From NCBI GenBank assembly GCA_027031025.1, contig JALVEJ010000033.1, positions 1 through 43,638 of the forward strand: DNA of 43,638 nt, written 5' to 3'. The stretch comes from Flavobacteriales bacterium (GTDB taxonomy: Bacteria; Bacteroidota; Bacteroidia; Flavobacteriales; Flavobacteriaceae). The notes beneath the pieces were generated by a model. The model did not search any database. It had not been told where the DNA came from and saw only the letters and a program-made list of their open reading frames with translations. This document shows positions 37,921 through 43,638 of the stretch, in pieces (positions within the stretch are counted from its first letter, which is position 1; every line of letters begins with the position of its first letter). A program made the position numbers and the translations under genes.

Positions 37921-37940
37921 TTTTTAGCTTTTACCACACG
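37921..37940. repeat. left arm of a 20-bp perfect inverted repeat bracketing the toxin locus
   Basis: TTTTTAGCTTTTACCACACG is the exact reverse complement of 43429..43448. Imperfect extension GGTT(A/TC) lies outside both arms. GGTAGCGGG at 37955..37963 is mirrored by CCCGCTACC at 43381..43389. Confidence 0.8.
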
Positions 37941-37951
37941 AAAGAATTTGT

Positions 37952-40543
37952 GTGGTAGCGGGCGAACGCCTGCATACCGATAAAGACATGGGACACGACG
38001 GCTATAATGGTGACCGTGTAGCCGGTGATGCTTTCGGATTTTCTTTATCCTATTTTTCAAATACTACAGGACAACCCTACGACGACTATAAAGCCCGTAA
38101 AGCCGATGAAAGTATTAATTTAGGACTAACTCATAATAGTACTATTTACAATTACAACAGAAACCTGTTTAACGGCAATATTAAGACTATGGTAACCGCT
38201 TTGCGCGATACTAAAAGTAAGCCTATTGATATTGCGCTTAACAACTATACTTACGACCAGCTTAACCGTATTCGAAATATGGAGTCGCATATATTAGAAC
38301 CATCTACTTTGGCTCCGCAATACAATGACTTGATACAAACCTCGTACAATTATGACCGTAATGGAAACTTAAAAAAGTTAAATCGTAATGCCATTATTGG
38401 TGGTACTGTGCAACATATGGACGCACTGACTTATCATTATAATATGACAGGCTCCCCTTCAAGGTTAGAAAACAACCAATTGCTATGGGTTGATGATGCT
38501 GTACCTGCCACCGTAACCAATGTAGATGTTGATGATCAAGATAAAGGCAACTATACTTACGATGCCATAGGACAACTTACCAAAGACGAAGCCGAAGGAC
38601 TAAAAAGCATAGAATGGACGGTTACCGGCAAAGTCAAGAAAATAATTAAAGTAAAAAATGAGGTTACAGAAGAAATCAGCTTTACCTATGATCCTTTAGG
38701 CAATAGGTTAAGCAAGAGCGTTAAAAATAAAAAAGGAACGACTACGACTTACTATATCCGTGATGCGCAAGGCAATCCGTTAGCGGTCTATCAATGCACA
38801 AAAGAAAACAATGAAATAGCCTCATTCTATCTGCAAGAAAATGATATATACGGCAGCAAACGACTGGGTATCCATCATTATGATTCTAAAACCGGCAATA
38901 TGCTGGTCTCTCGTCCTGCTACTGATGTATATGCCAACACCATAGGCGACAAGCAATACGAACTGAGTAACCATTTGGGCAATGTGCTCAGTGTGATTAC
39001 CGACCAAAAATTACTTAACATCCAACGCGGCACACCGGTATTTGAAGCCCGTTTTGATGAGGATGATGAGATAATGCCGTTTAGCCCAACTCCGGACATA
39101 ACCAAAGTAGCCAACACCGGACATGTTTTATTAGTAGAAAACACACCGGGCATACCGGAACAAGGCGCTTATACAACCATAAGTTTACAATCCGGCAAAA
39201 AATATTTGTTAAACTTTGACATGCCGCTTAACGAACTCGAAGGCACGTTTGAAGTAATCATTTTGGATAATACTTCGAATGATGCAGTTATAAAAGAGCT
39301 TATAGAACAAAAACAAACCGGACACCTAAGTTACACGTTTACAGCCCCAACCACCGGTGGTTACACCCTATCATTCTTAACCTACGAAAAAGCCCAAGGC
39401 ACATTTAGCCTCGACAACATAGAAATTTTAGACATAACCGGATTAAACCCCGCCGAAGTAGCCGCACATTCGCAAGAAATGCCTATCTTTGTACCAAGCG
39501 TTCTTTCATTTAGTGATTATTATCCTTTTGGTATGTTGATGCCGGGTAGGCATGCAAGTAGTAGTTTTTATAGGTATGGATTTGGTGGGCAAGAGAAAGA
39601 TGATGAGATTAAGGGAAAAGGTAATCATATTGCATATGCCGAAAGAGGATATGACCCAAGAGTAGCAAGATGGATAAGCGTTGATGTCTATGCACCGGCA
39701 TTAGCCTCATTTTCACCTTATAATTATGCCTTAAATAATCCCATTTGTCTTGTTGATGAAGAAGGAAATTGGCCTAAACCTTCAAGTTTATTGCCGGATG
39801 ACACTTCACCTTTGATAAAAGGCTTGGTTGATGGAGTATGGGAAGGCTTAACAGGTTCAGTAGGATTTGCTTGGGATTATGCAACTGATTCAAAATTCAG
39901 GGAACAAGTAAACGCTTCTTTCAAAGCATTAATAAATGATCCGTTAGGAACACTTCAAGGTATTGTAGATGAATATGCAGATTTAATAAACAGGACTTTA
40001 TCAGGAGATGCTTCTGATGAAGATATTTATAGAATTGGTGAGGAAATAGGTGAAAATGGCATTGGTTTGCTACTTGGTGGTTCAACTTTGGTTGCCAAAG
40101 GTGTCAAAAAATTTAGCAAACTTAAAATTGCGAAAGGTAGGTTTGTTAAAAAAATTATTAAAGAAACAGAAAAAATGCCTGCTTGGGTTAAAGCAGGTAA
40201 AGACTTTGAGATTGATTTAATGAATAAGTTTGTTAATAAGGGTTATAAGGTAGTTACACAAGTCTCATTTGCAGCAATAGATCCAAAAACTGGAAAAAAA
40301 ATTAGAGCAGTTGTTGATGGTATTGTTATAAAAAATGGAAAAATCTTAGGTTTCGTTGAAGCAAAATTAACCAAAGGAAAAACCCAATTAACAAGAAATC
40401 AAAAAATTGTTTATGAAGCTTTAAGGAAAGGAGAAGCGGTAGCAGTTGGCAGTAAAGCAAAAAAAGTAGAAGAAATAACAAAAGGTGCTATTAAAGTTGG
40501 AGAAAAAGTCAAAGCAAATGTACATATTTTATATAAACAATAA
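37952..40543 (+). CDS. Rhs/YD-repeat protein fragment (N-terminally truncated) with RHS core end and C-terminal toxin domain
   Basis: 863 aa from a GTG; the frame opens only at 37928, after TAG at 37925..37927. YD repeats: YNYDRNGNL, YTYDAIGQLT, FTYDPLGNRL. Core end: DYYPFGMLMPGR, YGFGGQEKDDE, RGYDPRVARWISVD, SPYNYALNNPICLVDEEGNWP. A 255-aa variable tip follows. Confidence 0.8.
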   Translation: MVAGERLHTDKDMGHDGYNGDRVAGDAFGFSLSYFSNTTGQPYDDYKARKADESINLGLTHNSTIYNYNRNLFNGNIKTMVTALRDTKSKPIDIALNNYTYDQLNRIRNMESHILEPSTLAPQYNDLIQTSYNYDRNGNLKKLNRNAIIGGTVQHMDALTYHYNMTGSPSRLENNQLLWVDDAVPATVTNVDVDDQDKGNYTYDAIGQLTKDEAEGLKSIEWTVTGKVKKIIKVKNEVTEEISFTYDPLGNRLSKSVKNKKGTTTTYYIRDAQGNPLAVYQCTKENNEIASFYLQENDIYGSKRLGIHHYDSKTGNMLVSRPATDVYANTIGDKQYELSNHLGNVLSVITDQKLLNIQRGTPVFEARFDEDDEIMPFSPTPDITKVANTGHVLLVENTPGIPEQGAYTTISLQSGKKYLLNFDMPLNELEGTFEVIILDNTSNDAVIKELIEQKQTGHLSYTFTAPTTGGYTLSFLTYEKAQGTFSLDNIEILDITGLNPAEVAAHSQEMPIFVPSVLSFSDYYPFGMLMPGRHASSSFYRYGFGGQEKDDEIKGKGNHIAYAERGYDPRVARWISVDVYAPALASFSPYNYALNNPICLVDEEGNWPKPSSLLPDDTSPLIKGLVDGVWEGLTGSVGFAWDYATDSKFREQVNASFKALINDPLGTLQGIVDEYADLINRTLSGDASDEDIYRIGEEIGENGIGLLLGGSTLVAKGVKKFSKLKIAKGRFVKKIIKETEKMPAWVKAGKDFEIDLMNKFVNKGYKVVTQVSFAAIDPKTGKKIRAVVDGIVIKNGKILGFVEAKLTKGKTQLTRNQKIVYEALRKGEAVAVGSKAKKVEEITKGAIKVGEKVKANVHILYKQ
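39211..39357 (+). repeat. rhs-internal segment duplicated at 43492..43638
   Basis: 39241..39357 is identical to 43522..43638 (117/117). 39230..39240 has 2 mismatches. Homology decays upstream to about 39211. Confidence 0.9.
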
Positions 40544-40548
40544 TAATT

Positions 40549-41175
40549 ATGGAAAGAAAAGAATTGTTTTTCAGTTTGCTAAACAAGGAGTTGTCAAAGG
40601 ATGGATTTAAATTTGTTAAAAGTAAAAAAATATTTAGGAAGAAAGAAAATGGCAATGATTTTTTTATTGAATATGAAACTTGGCCATATTTTTTTGCAAT
40701 CAAAACCCATTATTATATTTTTTTAAAAGAAGTAGAAAAAATAAAAAAAAAGGCATGGGGCGAGATATATCAAAGATATTATACATTAGGAGACACTAAA
40801 CAAGATATAGAAAAAACAGACACCGAAAAAAAGGTAATCGAAGTTGCTAAAAAAGAGATAAAATTTTATCATTCTTTTTTAAAAGATTATTTCAAAAAAA
40901 ACTCTAACTATGAGCATATAGATAAAACTCTTAACGAAATTCCCGGAAAGAATTTACACTTGAGTTTTAATGAAATTTTAACTAGCTATTTAGCTATTAT
41001 TGTTGCAAAACTTACAAATAATCCAAAAATTGAAGAATTATTTGTTTTTTATAGAAATGTAATAATAAGTTTAAAAAATGAAAAACTTTTTTCAAAAACA
41101 CAGGAAGAATATATAGATGAAAGTATTGTTAAGTATGATTTATTAGTTGATTATTTAAGAAAAATGAAAAAATGA
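40549..41175 (+). CDS. putative cognate immunity protein (DUF4304-like N-terminal pattern)
   Basis: 208 aa. It starts 5 nt after the toxin stop, on the same strand. N-terminus: ELFFSLLNKELSKDGFKFVKSKKIFRKKENGNDFFIEYE. No signal peptide. Confidence 0.55.
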   Translation: MERKELFFSLLNKELSKDGFKFVKSKKIFRKKENGNDFFIEYETWPYFFAIKTHYYIFLKEVEKIKKKAWGEIYQRYYTLGDTKQDIEKTDTEKKVIEVAKKEIKFYHSFLKDYFKKNSNYEHIDKTLNEIPGKNLHLSFNEILTSYLAIIVAKLTNNPKIEELFVFYRNVIISLKNEKLFSKTQEEYIDESIVKYDLLVDYLRKMKK

Positions 41176-41245
41176 AAAAAGTAAGAGAAAATTTTATTAT
41201 TATTAAAGATCCAAGTATTAGTCCTCAAAAATAATATGACTAACT

Positions 41246-42016
41246 ATGAAAAACGTATATAGAATAAAATTGGCATGTTTAAAAAAGATTAATAATGAGA
41301 CTATTAAACTATTTTTCGATTATTTAAAAACATTTGAAGGAGGAAAGTATTTTCCTGCAAAATGCGATGTATATGAACCTGTGAAAACTGTTTTACATCC
41401 TAATGACTATAACAAACAAGTGAATTGGCTTTTACAACCAGCAAGTTCTTTGATATGTAAAACCAAAGATGGTGTTTTTTTAGGAATAATTGAAAATAAA
41501 ACAAAAGCAGAAATTTTTGTTATTCAAAATGGAAAAAAAACGCCCTTTGGGAATCAGGAAGAAAATATATTTAAAACTGAAATTACAATATGGATAAAAA
41601 GTAATGATTATAACCATTTAGCTATTTTTATTAAAGAATTATATGAACGATTAGAATGTGATTATGGTTTTTTAACATTGGAAGATGACTATTTAAATCA
41701 GAACTTTATCAGAAAAGTTATTCATAATGACATAACAATTGAAGAATTTGTTGGCGATAATTTAAATGATTTTATACCCGGAATTTATTGGTTAAATTTT
41801 TTTGGAAATTTACCAATGTTTCATCATATTCATAAAATTAACCTTAATGATTTTTATACTGAAAAATTAAAAAATAATTCATTGCTTGTAAAAGTTTTTG
41901 AACATCCGTCGGACTATAACAAAAGATATGCATTTATTAATACTAAGAAACTAAGAAGTTTAATTGGTGAAAAATATATATTTGATAAATCAGATATAAT
42001 TGAAAAGGAATTCTAA
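41246..42016 (+). CDS. second immunity-like protein (orphan)
   Basis: 256 aa, cytoplasmic and very A/T-rich. The C-terminal segment IPGIYWLNFFGN recalls immunity families of polymorphic toxin loci; this is from memory and unverified. Confidence 0.4.
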   Translation: MKNVYRIKLACLKKINNETIKLFFDYLKTFEGGKYFPAKCDVYEPVKTVLHPNDYNKQVNWLLQPASSLICKTKDGVFLGIIENKTKAEIFVIQNGKKTPFGNQEENIFKTEITIWIKSNDYNHLAIFIKELYERLECDYGFLTLEDDYLNQNFIRKVIHNDITIEEFVGDNLNDFIPGIYWLNFFGNLPMFHHIHKINLNDFYTEKLKNNSLLVKVFEHPSDYNKRYAFINTKKLRSLIGEKYIFDKSDIIEKEF

Positions 42017-42025
42017 AAACGTTAT

Positions 42026-42087
42026 TTAAAAAAAATGAATAAAACTTTATTAATTTTATTTTTGGGAATTTTTACCATAACCAATGC
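42026..42087 (+). repeat. duplicated 5' end (ribosome-binding region plus signal peptide) of the 42953 gene
   Basis: 42048..42087 is identical to 42966..43005 (40/40: TATTAATTTTATTTTTGGGAATTTTTACCATAACCAATGC). The upstream AAAAAAAATGAA is also shared. Confidence 0.85.
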
Positions 42088-42089
42088 AC

Positions 42090-42424
42090 GGATATGATGT
42101 AGTTTACAAAAGAATTGATGCAGATGGAAATGTATACATAGGTCAAGCTAAAAGCAAAGAAAGATTTATAAAAAGAATGAAGGAACACGACAAGAAGTTT
42201 TCCGATACTGATTGATTTTGAATTTGAGATTTTAGATATAGCAGAACCTGGAATAGAAATTAGATGTATTAGAAGAAAGTCATATAAGAAAAACAGGTAT
42301 TCCAACCACAAAAAAGACAGCAAAGAATGGAACAGGAACAATTAAAAATAAAAGATACCAAATGAATGATAAGAGATATAGAGAAAATGGAGGAACTGTA
42401 AATAAACAAAAAGGATCATATTAA
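42090..42424 (+). pseudogene. degraded GIY-YIG (URI-type) nuclease toxin tip, two frameshifts
   Basis: Three frames read in series. First GYDVVYKRIDADGNVYIGQAKSKERFIKRMKEHDKKFSDTD* (42090..42215). Then IDFEFEILDIAEPGIE (from 42211). Then KLDVLEESHIRKTGIPTTKKTAKNGTGTIKNKRYQMNDKRY...* (42257..42424). The YIG, R, H and E positions fit a GIY-YIG fold. Confidence 0.5.
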
Positions 42425-42436
42425 TTATAATATATT

Positions 42437-42910
42437 ATGAAAAAAATAAAAAAAGGAGATGTTTTTGTGTTCAAGTATAATGATAGAAAGTTTGTTGTTG
42501 GTCAAATTATCAGAAAAATGGAACATCATATTGTTGTGATTATCTTTAAAGATTTGATTGACAAAAACAAATTGAATGATATTAATATAGATAAACTTAC
42601 ACCTATTTTGATAGCGAATACATTTGAAAGTAAATTGGAAAAAGGTGACTGGGTTATAGTTTCTAATAAAAGTGTTAAAAATAAATTTGAAAAAAGTAGA
42701 TATTATAAAGTTGGGATGAATGGTAGAAAAACTTTATTAATAAATGAAAAAAATGAAATAATAAGAGAATTAAAAAAGGATGAAGAGGATAATTATTGTT
42801 ATGAGAAATATGTTTCACCTGTTAGATTAGAAAAAGCGATTAGAGCATTTATTGATAAAGATGCATGGAAAGAGAGTTATAATTGTCTACTAATCTCTAA
42901 ATATTATTAA
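42437..42910 (+). CDS. immunity protein, Imm26-like by N-terminal pattern
   Basis: 157 aa. It starts 12 nt after the degraded toxin tip. N-terminus: KKIKKGDVFVFKYNDRKFVVGQIIRK. Confidence 0.5.
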   Translation: MKKIKKGDVFVFKYNDRKFVVGQIIRKMEHHIVVIIFKDLIDKNKLNDINIDKLTPILIANTFESKLEKGDWVIVSNKSVKNKFEKSRYYKVGMNGRKTLLINEKNEIIRELKKDEEDNYCYEKYVSPVRLEKAIRAFIDKDAWKESYNCLLISKYY

Positions 42911-42943
42911 TATTCAGATTGTGAATGCAATTTTAAAATTTAT

Positions 42944-43005
42944 ATAAAAAAAATGAAGCAAGCACTATTAATTTTATTTTTGGGAATTTTTACCATAACC
43001 AATGC
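42944..43005 (+). repeat. partner of the 42026..42087 duplication
   Basis: See 42026..42087. Confidence 0.85.
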
Positions 43006-43378
43006 CCAAAATAGAGAGTCACAAGTTGTAGATGAATTAATAGCGGTTACAAAAGTAAAAGAATCTTTACCGCTTATGGTTAATTCTATAATAGACAGAT
43101 TTAAGCAGAAAAGCACTAATATTCCTGATACATATTGGGAAGAAATAAAAAATAGCATAGACTATTTTACTTTTTTAGAGAAGGTTAAAAAACTTTATAT
43201 CGAAAATTACAACTTAGCAGAACTAAAAGAATTGGTATCGCTTTATAAATCGGGAAATATAGAATCTTATAAGCTAAAATTAGAAAAGATAACACCACAA
43301 CTTTATCAAATAGGAAAAGAATTTGGACAACAAACAGCTCAATTTATTGTAGAGAAAATTAAAGCCTATAAAAAATAA
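42953..43378 (+). CDS. secreted DUF2059-like protein
   Basis: 141 aa. Signal peptide MKQALLILFLGIFTITNAQ. The helical body has a YNLAELKELVSLYKS segment reminiscent of DUF2059. Confidence 0.55.
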   Translation: MKQALLILFLGIFTITNAQNRESQVVDELIAVTKVKESLPLMVNSIIDRFKQKSTNIPDTYWEEIKNSIDYFTFLEKVKKLYIENYNLAELKELVSLYKSGNIESYKLKLEKITPQLYQIGKEFGQQTAQFIVEKIKAYKK

Positions 43379-43384
43379 GCCCCG

Positions 43385-43411
43385 CTACCGCCAGCTTGTA
43401 GCTGGTGGTAG
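43385..43411 (+). terminator. hairpin after the DUF2059-like gene
   Basis: CTACCGCCAGC-TTGTA-GCTGGTGGTAG (one G-U pair) followed by TTTAATCTT. Confidence 0.55.
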
Positions 43412-43428
43412 TTTAATCTTAAAAAAAT

Positions 43429-43448
43429 CGTGTGGTAAAAGCTAAAAA
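43429..43448. repeat. right arm of the 20-bp perfect inverted repeat
   Basis: CGTGTGGTAAAAGCTAAAAA is the reverse complement of 37921..37940. Confidence 0.8.
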
Positions 43449-43454
43449 GAAACC

Positions 43455-43484
43455 AAAAAGCCACTTGTTTTTAGTGGCTTTTTT
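43455..43484. terminator. strong intrinsic terminator
   Basis: AAAAAGCCACT-TGTTTTT-AGTGGCTTTTT followed by a further T, then GG. Confidence 0.75.
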
Positions 43485-43490
43485 GGCTTT

Positions 43491-43638
43491 AAAACTTTGC
43501 AATAACATCCAACGAACTAAAAGGCACGTTTGAAGTAATCATTTTGGATAATACTTCGAATGATGCAGTTATAAAAGAGCTTATAGAACAAAAACAAACC
43601 GGACACCTAAGTTACACGTTTACAGCCCCAACCACCGG
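43491..43638 (+). pseudogene. start-less orphan rhs fragment (partial, continues beyond the window)
   Basis: The frame opens after TAA at 43488..43490 and reads NFAITSNELKGTFEVIILDNTSNDAVIKELIEQKQTGHLSYTFTAPTTG. This matches residues of the 37952 gene encoded at 39214..39357. No ATG/GTG/TTG start lies in frame. Confidence 0.6.

Noticed and set aside
37540-38060. ORFs 37540..37809(-), 37719..37958(+) and 37872..38060(-)
   Set aside because: They span the tandem array, a hairpin module and the inverted-repeat arm. The internally repeated peptide (SSLPQIVSRSNI / SSIPQIVSRNIV) simply mirrors the DNA repeat. One overlaps the rhs start on the opposite strand.
42072-42341. 89-aa minus-strand ORF
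   Set aside because: It lies opposite the degraded GIY-YIG tip. Its low-complexity hydrophobic translation is driven by A/T richness. The + strand reading gives recognisable nuclease motifs.

Overview
Low-GC Bacteroidota (Flavobacteriia-like) chromosomal window. Supporting signs are TAnnTTTG-type -7 promoter boxes, no Shine-Dalgarno sequences, rpsU-xerC/D-hpf and rimP-nusA-infB synteny, and K/N/I-rich proteins. About 37 kb is ordinary housekeeping: recX-folA, an AGCS transporter, acyl-CoA dehydrogenase plus GNAT, rpsU, a Xer-type recombinase, hpf, membrane pyrophosphatase, a CcoI/FixI-like P-type ATPase, an ECF sigma operon, prfB with its +1 frameshift, tryptophanase, tRNA-Cys, folB, thioredoxin, a MATE pump, dnaE with a fused N-terminal exonuclease, infB-nusA-rimP and a tandem Usp. 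The accessory part is the last ~5.7 kb (37.9-43.6 kb), a visibly more A/T-rich polymorphic-toxin locus. It starts with an N-terminally truncated Rhs/YD-repeat gene whose C-terminal tip looks like a PD-(D/E)xK nuclease. Next come two immunity-like genes, a frameshifted GIY-YIG toxin tip fused to a duplicated signal-peptide remnant, an Imm26-like gene and a DUF2059-like secreted gene. It ends with a start-less second rhs fragment that repeats 39211..39357 almost exactly and runs off the window. A 20-bp perfect inverted repeat brackets this module. A second theme is a mosaic intergenic repeat family found in at least six intergenic regions. It consists of ~90-bp tandem units (TTTGAGGAAnTGAGGATT...GCTTCATA...) and ~45-55-nt two-helix hairpin modules with conserved unpaired strands (CTGAGTG / TGTATCGAAG) and compensatory helix changes. 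Other points: a ~99-nt element present twice in inverted orientation (candidate sRNA or MITE), an orphan HigA-like XRE gene divergent from a 31-codon hydrophobic ORF across a 28-bp perfect palindrome, a DUF3127 OB-fold protein with an SSB-like DDLPF tail, and a terminator-like hairpin in the rimP leader. All family assignments come from motif recognition by eye. No searches were run, and identity figures are hand counts.
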